The notes under the pieces were generated by a model, which saw only the letters and a list, made by a program, of their open reading frames with translations, was not told the origin of the DNA and did not search any database. Of a DNA stretch of 64,000 nucleotides, positions 25,226-35,156 are shown in pieces. Position 1 is the first letter of the stretch. Each line of letters begins with the position of its first letter. The DNA is taken from contig CAAFYG010000078.1 of NCBI GenBank assembly GCA_900767195.1, positions 32 through 64,031 on the forward strand, written 5' to 3'. Source of the DNA: Clostridia bacterium. Its GTDB lineage: Bacteria; Bacillota; Clostridia; Christensenellales; Borkfalkiaceae. A program made the translations under genes and the position numbers.

Positions 25226-28087
25226 TCAAAGCAACTTGAAATCGAAAGCAAATTCGCCTTCTTTTTCTATGCGATATTTTTCCGCCAGCACCGGACCGCA
25301 CGAATTAGATCCTACGCCCTCGCTCGCGCCTAAAAATACGTAAATTTTCTTCGTCTCTTTCAGCTCGAAATCGTGCGCCTTGTCTTTCAGCTCGTCGGCG
25401 GAATACAAAATCGCCGAAAAATCGCAGGGCTGCGCCGCAAAAATCTTCATGGCGGGAAGATACACGCGTTCCGTTTGCGCGTGGTTTCCGCTCTCCTGCG
25501 GTTTTACGTAGCGATGATACCCGTCTTTCGCATGATATTCGTATTCGTCTTTTGCCGCCGAAAGCAGCGTGTCGCGATACGTTTCCTGCGGACCGTACCC
25601 GAAATAACTTATCTTTCTGCCCGATTGTTTCACGGCAAAACGAAGCCCCGTCACGGGCAGAGTGCGCTTCATGTTCTCGCCTTCTTTATAGCTCAGCCGC
25701 ACCGAAAATCCGTCTTTCGTCACGGCGTAAGAAATCGTGTAATCGAGTACGCTCTTTCTGTATTCGGGCAACATTTTCCCCTGCAACGAAAGCTCTCCGC
25801 CCTTGAATACGCCGCCGTGGCGCACGCGGGGCAACGCGTCGTACACGCCGCGCGCAGTCCATTCGTTTTTCGAGTATCTTTCGTTGTCGGTGGGCGCGCG
25901 ATACACGGAAACTTTCATCGGCTCGGCAAGATATTCCTTTTTGCCGCGCTTCACGGAAACGAGATTTCCCGTCGACCGATCGATCGTAAGCGATATATCG
26001 CCGTTTTTCAGCACGTATTCGTATTCGCTTTCGAAAAATTCCTGCGCGGCAGCCTCGGAAATCGTCTTTTTATCGGCTTGTTGCAGCACGATAAAATCGG
26101 AAGAAGTCAGCCCTTCGGCGTCGGTAAACACGGCTTTCAATCCCACGAATTTTCCCGCGTTTCCGCCCTGCAAATCGGGCATGGCAAGCGCAAAACTCTT
26201 CTTACTTCCGGCAGGGAGATCGATCGCGTGCGAAAAATATTCCACGCGCTTTCCGTCCGCCTTGATTTCGGCTTTCGCCACGCCTTTCAACGCCTTGAAG
26301 AAATAGCGGTTTTTCACCGTAAGCCTGCCGTTTTTATACGAAAATTCCGCCGGCTGATACGCGTGCTTCATCGAAAGCGTACCCGCCTTTTCTTTGCGCT
26401 CGGGCGATACGATGCCGTCGATACAGAAATTGCCGTCGTGGAATTTCTCGCCGAAATCGCCGCCATAGTAATACTTTCCGTCTTTCAGAACGCCGTGATC
26501 CGCCCATTCCCAGATAAAGCCGCCCATCAGCCGATCGGAAGAACGAAAAACCTTCCAGTAATCTTCTAAATCGCCGGGGCCGTTGCCCATCGCGTGGCAG
26601 TATTCGCAGTACACCATCGGGCGCGTTTCGCGCTTGTCTTTCAGATAAACGTCCGTCATCCACGAAGGCGCGGGGTACATGCGCGATACAATGTCGAAAG
26701 GATCGGTATAATAGCTTTCCTCGTGTTTTTCCGTAAATTTATGGTGCTGCTCGTAATGCACGAAGCGGGTATCGTCGATCGATTTTATGTTCAGCGCGGA
26801 TTTCACGAAGTTTTTGCCCATATACGATTCGTTGCCGAGCGACCAAACGATCACGGACGGACGGTTTTTATCGCGCCGTACCATCGTTTCGGCGCGCGAA
26901 ACGATCGCGCTTTCGTACAGATCGGAATCGGCGATAAATTTAAAATCGGCAATCGACCAGTTGCCGTCCGTCGTGCTTGCGCCGTGACTTTCCACGTCCG
27001 CTTCGTCGAATACGTAAATGCCGTATCTGTCGCACAGGCGATAAAATTCGGGCAGATTCGGATAATGCGAAGTGCGGATGGCGTTCACGTGATATTTTTT
27101 CATGATAATAATATCGTTTTCCGCGTCCGCAAGCGAAATCGCCGCACCCTTTTCGGGGTGGAATTCGTGGCGGTTCACGCCGCAAAGCTTAATCGGCTTG
27201 TCGTTCAGGTAAAACACCTTGTTTTCGATTTTCAGCGAGCGGAAACCTACTTCTTCGTAAATCTTTTCTTCGCCGCTTTCGATCAGCACGGGGTACAAAT
27301 CGGGAATTTCCGCACTCCAGAGCCTCGGATTTTCAATGAAAAACTCTGCGGTTTCGCCGGATTTCACAAGCTTTTTCTCGTTTTCAAACGTAACGAAACA
27401 CTCGCCGCCCGCAAGGTTTTCAAAAGAAAGCGTCCACCCGTTTTCACGCTTTTTCGTTTTGATAAAATAATCTTCGATCGCGTTTTCGTCGCGGTATAAT
27501 ACGTACACGCTGCCGAAAATGCCCGTAAACCGCCACTTGTCCTGATCTTCGAGATAGGAAGAAGCGTTCCATTTCAAAACGATCACGTCCAGCACGTTTT
27601 CGCCGTCTTTCGCGTGCGATAAATCGAATTCGGTTACGCGGTGCGAAATCTGCGAATAGCCGAGCAGCTCGCCGTTTAAAAACGCGTAGAAAGCGGAATC
27701 CACTCCCTCGAACACAAGGCGGGGGATTCTGCCGCGCTTTTCGATTTTCACGCTGCGGCGATAGTGGAATACGGGAATATCTTTATCGATATACGGCGGA
27801 TCGAACGGGAAGGGGTAGCGGATATTCGTGTACTGCAGATCATCGTAGCCTTTCATCTGCACGCACGAAGGCACGTCGATTTTGTCGGGCAGATTTTCTT
27901 CCGTTTCGCAGTCTTCGATTTTTTTGTGCGCCTTAAAATCCCACTCGCCGTTCAGAGATTGAAAGCGGGAAGATTTTTCTCTGTTTTTATCGTAGCCGTC
28001 GGCTCTGTCGAACGGCGTGTAGTATGCACGCGACGGCAGCATGCCGAAATCTTGCGTTCTTTCCCATTCGCGATTATTTTTAAACAT
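25226..28087 (-). CDS. Glycoside hydrolase family 2 beta-galactosidase
   Basis: 953 aa; 'WSLGNESY' catalytic acid/base region, GH2 TIM-barrel and sugar-binding domains; GGAGTAAAAAC RBS. Confidence 0.85.
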   Translation of the reverse strand: MFKNNREWERTQDFGMLPSRAYYTPFDRADGYDKNREKSSRFQSLNGEWDFKAHKKIEDCETEENLPDKIDVPSCVQMKGYDDLQYTNIRYPFPFDPPYIDKDIPVFHYRRSVKIEKRGRIPRLVFEGVDSAFYAFLNGELLGYSQISHRVTEFDLSHAKDGENVLDVIVLKWNASSYLEDQDKWRFTGIFGSVYVLYRDENAIEDYFIKTKKRENGWTLSFENLAGGECFVTFENEKKLVKSGETAEFFIENPRLWSAEIPDLYPVLIESGEEKIYEEVGFRSLKIENKVFYLNDKPIKLCGVNRHEFHPEKGAAISLADAENDIIIMKKYHVNAIRTSHYPNLPEFYRLCDRYGIYVFDEADVESHGASTTDGNWSIADFKFIADSDLYESAIVSRAETMVRRDKNRPSVIVWSLGNESYMGKNFVKSALNIKSIDDTRFVHYEQHHKFTEKHEESYYTDPFDIVSRMYPAPSWMTDVYLKDKRETRPMVYCEYCHAMGNGPGDLEDYWKVFRSSDRLMGGFIWEWADHGVLKDGKYYYGGDFGEKFHDGNFCIDGIVSPERKEKAGTLSMKHAYQPAEFSYKNGRLTVKNRYFFKALKGVAKAEIKADGKRVEYFSHAIDLPAGSKKSFALAMPDLQGGNAGKFVGLKAVFTDAEGLTSSDFIVLQQADKKTISEAAAQEFFESEYEYVLKNGDISLTIDRSTGNLVSVKRGKKEYLAEPMKVSVYRAPTDNERYSKNEWTARGVYDALPRVRHGGVFKGGELSLQGKMLPEYRKSVLDYTISYAVTKDGFSVRLSYKEGENMKRTLPVTGLRFAVKQSGRKISYFGYGPQETYRDTLLSAAKDEYEYHAKDGYHRYVKPQESGNHAQTERVYLPAMKIFAAQPCDFSAILYSADELKDKAHDFELKETKKIYVFLGASEGVGSNSCGPVLAEKYRIEKEGEFAFDFKLL

Positions 28088-28206
28088 GTTTTTACTCCGG
28101 ATTGATGTTTTTTTCTGCCGATTTCAGCCGATTTTCCCCTGTTTTCAGGGTATTTTATGCCGATTTTCAGCCGTTTTTGCGCGATTTTTTTGTGTTTTTT
28201 TGCCTT

Positions 28207-29262
28207 TTAAGGGCATTTTTCCGCCGCAATATCGCCGTTTTCGGTGAGTTTTTTCACGTTTTCGCGGTCGATTTTATAGGGGCGGTCAAACGTGTTGTTT
28301 TTGAAAATCGCGTTTTTCACGCCCGCGAGATAAATGCGGTGTTCTTCATCTTCGGGGTTGAAAAAGTGATTGCCGTTAAGTACGAGCGTCCCCACCGTTT
28401 TCTTGCCGCCGCACGCCGTTTTTCCGTTTGTCCCGGGGCAATTTTCGCAGCCCGCTTCCGATGTGGGAAAGTACGCCACCGAATATTTTTCTTCGTATTT
28501 ATTGCCGCAGCCGTCCGCCACGTTGTTTTTAAATACGATCTTTTTTACGTACGCCGCGCCCGTATCTTCGCAGTCGCGCGCGCAAAGCGCCGCGCCGCCC
28601 GTACGCGAAAACGTGTTGCCCTCGATCGCGGCTTTGCCGCCCGCCGCATAATACACGCCTCTGCCCGCGTTGTCCGATACGTAGCTGTTTTTCACTTCGA
28701 GATTGCATTTTTCTTCGCCGCGCACCCCCGCGAAATCGCCCGCCGCGCCCGCGGCGCGCACCACGCAGCCGTCGATTTTCACCGTGCCGCGGCAGTCTTC
28801 AAAGCGGAAATATCCCGAGCATTTTTTGCCGTCGCCGTCTTTGAGCAGACATTCCGTTTTGAAAAGCTTCATATTCTTCACGCCGCGCGCGATCACGCCC
28901 GAGCCTTGAAAACGGCGGAATCGCACCCCCGAAAACGTGATATTTTCGCAGTTTTCCGCTATCGCGGCGGGCGCGGGATCGATTGCTTGCGCTTTTCCCG
29001 TTTCTTCGGCGTCAAAGTCCGCCGTAAGATTTTTCACCGTGATATTCTTACAGTCAAAAAACGCGAACGCCGAAACCGCGCCGTGGATTTTCAGCGCCGA
29101 GCCGCCGCCGTCGATCATGATATTTTTCTTACCTTTCAGCTCTACGGCGGCGTTCTCTTGCGCCGGCAGATCGGAGACGTACACATGGTACTCTCTGCCG
29201 TGTTCGAGGACGATTTTACCGCCGTCTTTGATTTCTGAAAATAATTCGCTTAATTCGTTCAT
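28207..29262 (-). CDS. Right-handed parallel beta-helix repeat protein (pectate-lyase-fold; putative glycanase)
   Basis: 351 aa; repeated 'N-x-x-hG/N' beta-helix rungs; GGGGAGAACT RBS. Confidence 0.55.
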   Translation of the reverse strand: MNELSELFSEIKDGGKIVLEHGREYHVYVSDLPAQENAAVELKGKKNIMIDGGGSALKIHGAVSAFAFFDCKNITVKNLTADFDAEETGKAQAIDPAPAAIAENCENITFSGVRFRRFQGSGVIARGVKNMKLFKTECLLKDGDGKKCSGYFRFEDCRGTVKIDGCVVRAAGAAGDFAGVRGEEKCNLEVKNSYVSDNAGRGVYYAAGGKAAIEGNTFSRTGGAALCARDCEDTGAAYVKKIVFKNNVADGCGNKYEEKYSVAYFPTSEAGCENCPGTNGKTACGGKKTVGTLVLNGNHFFNPEDEEHRIYLAGVKNAIFKNNTFDRPYKIDRENVKKLTENGDIAAEKCP

Positions 29263-29328
29263 AGTTCTCCCCGCAAGTCGAATTGTTTGTCATTATTATA
29301 CAGTATCGAAAGCGCGTTTGTCAATCTT

Positions 29329-29937
29329 TTAGCCGACGATTTTATCGGTTTCGACTGTATTCTCCGTGTTTTTTATCGGTTTTTTATCCGAAGGGGCAAA
29401 AAGCGGATCGTTTTTCGCCTGCCGACGATCGCAGAATAAAATGAGAGGCGTGCCTACGGCGTACACCCAGATCGCTTCGCCGAGCGCAACGCTGCCCGCC
29501 ATAGCGAAATATGCGGCAAAAGTGATCGCCGCTCCGTTCGGATCGCCCAGAAACACGATAATCGGCACGAACGCCGCATTGAAAAGCACGGGGAACAATC
29601 CGCCGAGAGCGATTTTCAAAGGCAACGTTTTTTTACCGTCCCGAAAGGCTTTGCCTGCGAGCCGCGTGCAGATCGCCGCAAGCAGCGTTGCCGCCACGCC
29701 CATCGTGATATCGAACACGGCGAACGGCGAGAAAAGGTTTGTGATAAAGCAGCCCGCCGCGAGCGCGAACACCGCTTCCGGATAAAAAAGCGGCAACAAA
29801 CAAAGTCCTTCGGAAGGGCGCACCTGCAACCCGCCGAAAAAAGAAAGAGAGCCGAACGGAACGGTGAGCGCAACGTACAACGCGGCGATCACACCCGAAC
29901 GGCAAAGAGCTTTTGCGGAAAAAATTTTATTCCTCAT
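29329..29937 (-). CDS. queT: QueT-family queuosine precursor transporter (ECF S-component like)
   Basis: 202 aa, 5-6 TM, 'RPSEGLCLLP' motif characteristic of QueT; GAGGT RBS. Confidence 0.7.
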   Translation of the reverse strand: MRNKIFSAKALCRSGVIAALYVALTVPFGSLSFFGGLQVRPSEGLCLLPLFYPEAVFALAAGCFITNLFSPFAVFDITMGVAATLLAAICTRLAGKAFRDGKKTLPLKIALGGLFPVLFNAAFVPIIVFLGDPNGAAITFAAYFAMAGSVALGEAIWVYAVGTPLILFCDRRQAKNDPLFAPSDKKPIKNTENTVETDKIVG

Positions 29938-30033
29938 GTAGTTTTACCTCGGTTGTTTTTATTTTTCGGCTGCCGTTTCCCGGCATGCCGACAAGAAAGT
30001 GTTCTCCGAAAACCTTTCGTTGTTTTTTGAATT

Positions 30034-30660
30034 TTATAATATTTTACGCTGTTTCAGGGCGGCGAGAATATCGGCAAACATTTCTTCTTTTCTCTTTCTC
30101 CCGTCGATTACGATAAACCGCTTTTTATTCGCTTTCGCCTGTTTCAGAAATCCCCGATACACCCTTTCGTGAAACGCCGCGCCCGCAAGTTCCATGCGAT
30201 CGTTTTCGTCTGCGCCGTGCTTGCGCAAAAACGCTTCCGCAGGGGGCAGGTCTATAAAAATCGTGGCGTCCGGCGTAAATTTTTCTATGGCGTACGCGTT
30301 GATCGAAGCTACGAATTTCTCGCCTAAGCCGCGCCCTTCCGCCTGATACGCGAAAGAAGAATCAAAATATCTGTCGCACAGCACGATTTTGCCCGCATTA
30401 AGGGCGGGAGCAACGGTATCGGCAAGGTGCTGCACCCGCGCCGCCGCGTAAAGCAAAGCTTCGCATTCGTCCGTCATTTCCGCGTTCTTCCCGTCGAGAA
30501 TCACTTCGCGGATCGCTTCCGAAATCTTGCCGCCGCCCGGTTCGCGCGTGCTTACGTATTCTATGCCGTTCTCTTCGAAATATTTTTTCAGAAGTTCCGT
30601 CTGCGTGCTTTTGCCGCAGCCGTCGCATCCTTCAAGAGTGATAAACTTGCCTTTTCTCAT
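30034..30660 (-). CDS. tmk: Thymidylate kinase
   Basis: 'ITLEGCDGCGKSTQ' P-loop, 'TREPGG' and DRY motif. Confidence 0.9.
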   Translation of the reverse strand: MRKGKFITLEGCDGCGKSTQTELLKKYFEENGIEYVSTREPGGGKISEAIREVILDGKNAEMTDECEALLYAAARVQHLADTVAPALNAGKIVLCDRYFDSSFAYQAEGRGLGEKFVASINAYAIEKFTPDATIFIDLPPAEAFLRKHGADENDRMELAGAAFHERVYRGFLKQAKANKKRFIVIDGRKRKEEMFADILAALKQRKIL

Positions 30661-30687
30661 TGATTTTTTCGCCTTTTGATACGCCCG

Positions 30688-31689
30688 TTATACGTCGCTG
30701 CGGTAGGTTTCTACGATTTTGCGGATAAACGCATAATTTTCGTACAGACAGTAGCTGTATTCGCTGTACTTGCCCGAGAGCAGATTTAAAAGCACGAGCT
30801 GCATATTTTTCGCGGTGTACGCGCCGTCTTCATCCTGATAGCAGATCAGATTTTTAAGATTCCCCATTCTGCTTTCGTCCGGACAAAGATTGACGCCGAA
30901 ATACCCCGTAACCTTTTCTTCGCGCCCCGAATAGGAAAGCGTGAGAGTAGTTTCTTCGAGCTTGATAATTCCTTCTTCGAGATAGCCTTTCACGGCGAGA
31001 TAATTTTCGCGATACCCGCGGATACGCGCGATTTCGTCTTTTATGCCCTCCTGAATTTTCGCTTCGGTTTTATAGCGTTTGTCTTTCTGCGATTTCACGC
31101 GATTCCGGAAGGTATCTTCCGCTTTTTTCGCGTTGAAACTGTCCGCGTTTTCGTAGCCCTGCGTGTAGTAAAGGTTCAAAAAGTTTTCGGTGGCTGTAAA
31201 AAACGAAGTTTTCGAAGTACCTGCCGCGGTTTCGCCCGGGCCGCCGAACGAAAGGACGGAAGAATACGCGCGAAGAAGAAGATCTTCCGTATACGTGCGG
31301 GATATTTTGCCGCCTTTTCCGTCGTCGATTTCGTAAGAACGAGGGGAAACGAACGCAGCGTTGCCTTCCTGCACGCCCATGCGCGCTTCTAAAAGGGTGT
31401 ACGCCTGATTTCCCGCCGTGGTGAGATCTACAACGCTTGTTTCGATCACGTCGTAGGAAAAGCCGCCCGAAAGAGCGGAGCGTGACGTGACTTTGGAGGA
31501 AAATTCGCCCGTGGGGTTTGTGCCGATATACGCGTACACCGTGAACGTCTGCGCCGGGTTGAGCCGCGCCGCCGTAGTGGTGAATATCAGACTCCACAAA
31601 AAGATCCCCGCCGCGATACAGGCAAGAATTTTAATCCAATCGTAGGAAAGCATCTGAGATAATCGTTTTTTTGTGATTCGAGCGTCCAT
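30688..31689 (-). CDS. Hypothetical membrane-anchored protein (single N-terminal TM, large extracytoplasmic domain)
   Basis: Start placed at MDARITKK with AGGGAAAA RBS; ORF frame extends to 31743. Confidence 0.5.
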   Translation of the reverse strand: MDARITKKRLSQMLSYDWIKILACIAAGIFLWSLIFTTTAARLNPAQTFTVYAYIGTNPTGEFSSKVTSRSALSGGFSYDVIETSVVDLTTAGNQAYTLLEARMGVQEGNAAFVSPRSYEIDDGKGGKISRTYTEDLLLRAYSSVLSFGGPGETAAGTSKTSFFTATENFLNLYYTQGYENADSFNAKKAEDTFRNRVKSQKDKRYKTEAKIQEGIKDEIARIRGYRENYLAVKGYLEEGIIKLEETTLTLSYSGREEKVTGYFGVNLCPDESRMGNLKNLICYQDEDGAYTAKNMQLVLLNLLSGKYSEYSYCLYENYAFIRKIVETYRSDV

Positions 31690-31804
31690 AATTTTCCCTG
31701 TTATCCTGCGGATTTGAGCCGTCTGCGGCGTTTCACGCCGCATGATTTAGTGATTGATTAAAGTTTAGCTGCCAAAGATACAAAAACTTCGCCGTTTGTG
31801 TAAC

Positions 31805-32100
31805 CGCCCCTTGATTTTCAAAAATTTCTTGCGAAATATTCAGAAAATCAAAAATGGGCTGCGCCCCTTGATTGAAAATTTCTGATGGAAAAATTCAATC
31901 AAAAATGGGCTACGCCCCTTGATTTTCAGAAATTTCTTGCAAAATATTCAGAAAATCAAAAATGGGCTGCGCCCCTCATCAGTCGCTTTCAGCGACAGCT
32001 TCCCCCCCGGGGGGAAGCCTATGAAATAGGCGAAGATTAACTTTTAGACGATAGTGTTACAGTCCGTAACGAAACGGGCAATGCCCGCCCCGGGGGGAAG
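31805..32100. repeat. Mosaic palindromic repeat cluster (family member E): three tandem ~55-bp hairpin units plus G/C palindromes
   Basis: 'ccccttgattttcaNaaatttcttgcNaaatattcagaaaatcaaaaatgggctgcgcccc' x3 (middle unit variant), then 'agcttcccccccggggggaagcc' and 'cccgccccggggggaagcc'. Confidence 0.75.
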
Positions 32101-32304
32101 CCTTTTTTGCAACTTCAAAACGAAATTTTTTGCAGAAATAACGTTTTGCAGCTACAAACCGATTTTCGTTGCGTATGCGCGCGAAAGACACGAAGCGCGC
32201 GTATTTTGGAGCAGGAGCGTACAGAGACGTACGTGACTGCGACAAAAGCGCAAGCGCGACAAAGTATTTCGCGATGCAGACACGACGAAAAAACGTGCGA
32301 AAAA

Positions 32305-33852
32305 TTACTTTTTCGGTTTCATGGTGGGGAACAAAATCACATCCCGTATCGTTGCGCTGTCGGTTAAAAGCATGATCAGGCGATCTACGCCCATGCCCAG
32401 GCCGCCCGTGGGGGGTAAGCCGTATTCTAAGGCGTTGATGAAATCTTCGTCTACCTGCGCCGACATATTGCCCGCTTTGCGCTTCTCGTCCACCTGCTTT
32501 TGCATGCGCGCAAGCTGATCGATCGGATCGTTCAGTTCCGAAAACGCGTTGCCGTATTCATGCCCGCAGATAAAGTACTCAAACCGTTCCGTAAACGCCG
32601 GGTTCGAAGCCTTGCGCTTCGCAAGCGGCGAATTTTCCACGGGATAATCGTATATAATCGTAGGCTGAACGAGATTTTCTTCCACGAACGCGTCGAAAAA
32701 GTCAATCAGCACGTAGCCTTTCGTGGAATTCTCGCCATGCGAAAGCTCCACGTCTTTCGCCTTCGCCGCCGCGCGCGCTTCTTCATCCGTCTTCCAATCG
32801 TCGTAGCGCACGCCCGCGTATTTTTCCACCGCTTCCGCCATTGTAAAGCGCGTCCATTCGCCCATGTGAATTTCCGTTCCCTGATACGTGATATCCAGCG
32901 TGCCGCACACGTTTTTCGTCACCGTTTTGTAAAGATCTTCGATAAGATCCATCATGCCTTTATAATCGGTGTACGCCTGATACATTTCGATGGTGGTAAA
33001 CTCGGGGTTGTGGAAAGCGTCCATACCCTCGTTTCTGAAAATTCTGCCCACTTCGTATACGCGATCCAAGCCGCCCACAATCAGGCGCTTTAAGAAAAGC
33101 TCCGTTTCGATCCGCATATACATATCGATATTGAGCGCGTTGTGATGCGTTTTGAAAGGGCGGGCGTCCGCGCCGATTTCGAGCGGCAGCAATACGGGAG
33201 TATCCACTTCGAGATACCCTTTCGAATCAAGATACGCGCGTAACTCTTTCATGATTTTCGAACGCATGCGGAAGGTATTTTTCACGTCGTCGTTCATGAT
33301 AAGATCAAGATGGCGCAGGCGGTATTTCATGTCTTTATCCTGCAAGCCGTTGTACTTTTCGGGCAGCGGCAACAGCGATTTCGTAAGCAACGTAAGCTCG
33401 GTGACGTGTACCGTCACTTCGCCCGTCTGCGTTTTGAATACGAAGCCTTTGAAGCCGAAAATATCGCCGATATCGTAGTCTTTTTTGTACGAAAGATAGT
33501 TCTCTTCGCCGATATCCTGCCGCGTAACGTAGATCTGGATCGAGCCGCTTTTATCCGCGATGTGCGAAAACGAAGCCTTGCCCATAATCCGGCGCGACAT
33601 CATTCTGCCCGCCATCGTTACCGTCTTGCCCTCGTACGCCTCGAAATTCGCTTTGATCTGCGCGCTGTCCGCATCTACGGGGTATTTTACCTGCTCGTAG
33701 GGGTTCTTGCCCTCGCCTTGAAGTTTCGCGAGTTTTTCGCGGCGGATCCGCGCCTGCTCGACAAGCGTTTCCGCCGTCTGTTCGGGGGATTGCGCCGTCT
33801 GCGCCGCGGCGTTTTCCCGGGCTTGTCCTTGATACTGCTTGTTTTCTTCCAT
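32305..33852 (-). CDS. lysS: Lysine--tRNA ligase (class II)
   Basis: 515 aa; N-terminal OB anticodon-binding domain, class II motifs 1-3. Confidence 0.95.
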   Translation of the reverse strand: MEENKQYQGQARENAAAQTAQSPEQTAETLVEQARIRREKLAKLQGEGKNPYEQVKYPVDADSAQIKANFEAYEGKTVTMAGRMMSRRIMGKASFSHIADKSGSIQIYVTRQDIGEENYLSYKKDYDIGDIFGFKGFVFKTQTGEVTVHVTELTLLTKSLLPLPEKYNGLQDKDMKYRLRHLDLIMNDDVKNTFRMRSKIMKELRAYLDSKGYLEVDTPVLLPLEIGADARPFKTHHNALNIDMYMRIETELFLKRLIVGGLDRVYEVGRIFRNEGMDAFHNPEFTTIEMYQAYTDYKGMMDLIEDLYKTVTKNVCGTLDITYQGTEIHMGEWTRFTMAEAVEKYAGVRYDDWKTDEEARAAAKAKDVELSHGENSTKGYVLIDFFDAFVEENLVQPTIIYDYPVENSPLAKRKASNPAFTERFEYFICGHEYGNAFSELNDPIDQLARMQKQVDEKRKAGNMSAQVDEDFINALEYGLPPTGGLGMGVDRLIMLLTDSATIRDVILFPTMKPKK

Positions 33853-33882
33853 TGATTTCGTCCTCGTTTTTTACCCGGCGGT

Positions 33883-34364
33883 TTACTTTTTCGCGAGCAT
33901 GATTTCCTTTACGATAAGTTCGTATGCGTTTCCGCCTTCGGGGCGCACGGTTACGCGGTCTCCCACTTTCGCGCCGATCAGCGCCGCGCCCACGGGCGAT
34001 ACGTTGGAAATCTTGTTTTCGAGAATGTTCGATTCGGTAGTGCCGGTGATTTCGTAAATATCTTCCTCTTCGAGATCCGGATCGTACACTTTCACTTTGT
34101 TGCCGATATGCACTTTGCTCGTATCGTTGTTTTCCGCGATAATTTCCGCGTTTTTGATCTTATAATCGAGTTCTTCGATTTCCATCTCGTTGTTCGATTG
34201 CTCGGTGCGCGCCGCGTCGTATTCCGCGTTTTCGGAAAGGTCGCCGTGCGAACGCGCTTCCGCGATACGCGCCACGATCTCTTTGCGCTTCGTGCCTTGC
34301 AGATACTTCAAAAGCTTCACCGCTTCGTCGTAACCTTTCTGCGTCATCTGAAATTTTTCAGCCA
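33883..34364 (-). CDS. greA: Transcription elongation factor GreA
   Basis: Start at MAEKFQMTQKGY with GGAGGT RBS 10 nt upstream; 'DLSENAEYDAAR' motif; ORF frame extends to 34599. Confidence 0.9.
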
Positions 34365-34607
34365 TGTTGTGTTTTACCTCCGAGTTCTTTTCCTGCTTAT
34401 CCCGCAAAAAAATTTGTATTGCAAAACCGTATTCTGCGTTTTTTTCTTCGCGTTTGCCCCGCGCAAAGTTTCGCTTGCCTCGCGCCGATTTTCGCAGCTT
34501 ATAGCAAAAAAACCGCCCTTTTACAAGGAACGCAAAAAGACAACCGTGACGGTACGCTTTCGTTTTTGCGCAGGTCACGGTTCGTATTCGGTTTTTCAAG
34601 CACCTGT

Positions 34608-34636
34608 ATTATACCTTGAATTTTTCTGTTTGTCAA
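34608..34636 (-). promoter_or_regulatory. Consensus promoter (TTGACA-17-TATAAT) for greA with ~250-nt leader
   Basis: minus strand reads ttgacaaacagaaaaattcaaggtataat. Confidence 0.5.
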
Positions 34637-34653
34637 GGAAAAAGCACGACTTT

Positions 34654-34908
34654 TCAAAAAATATTTTCCAGCGTGAGTTTATCATAGGGGAAACTTTCCA
34701 CAAAATCGCGCGGAAGAAAGTTGACGTGATTGAATTTCGCGAAATTAAAAATGTGCGTTTTCAAAAGCACGGGCGTGGGAACATCGAGCATGGCGCAAAT
34801 CTCGGAAAGATACGTGAAAAACTGCGAGTACACCACTTTGCCCTCGCGCTCGTATACAAACTGTTTGCGGATTTTGCCGCCCTTGATCGCTTTTGCCCAG
34901 ATACGCAT
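34654..34908 (-). CDS. Hypothetical protein (84 aa), weak support
   Basis: ATG start but poor RBS; no recognisable family. Confidence 0.2.
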   Translation of the reverse strand: MRIWAKAIKGGKIRKQFVYEREGKVVYSQFFTYLSEICAMLDVPTPVLLKTHIFNFAKFNHVNFLPRDFVESFPYDKLTLENIF

Positions 34909-35156
34909 CCGATGCCCGCCCTTTCGCTTTTTCGCGTTTTTTCTGCTTTTTTTTCTGCTTTTTATATTCTATATTATACTATGCGCGAGGGCGGTTTGTC
35001 AATTCTTTTCAGGGCGTTTAGAGGCGTTTATCCATGCAATTTTTATTCGGCGATCCGCCGCAATACGGCTTTACAATTCTATATAAATTTATAATCGTTT
35101 CGGGCTTCGGGCTTCGGACTTCGGGAAGTTTTTGCAAGCAATCGGCGCAACCCGTC

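Noticed and set aside
34654-34908. 84-aa ORF as a confident gene
   Set aside because: Weak RBS and no recognisable domain. Kept only as a low-confidence feature.
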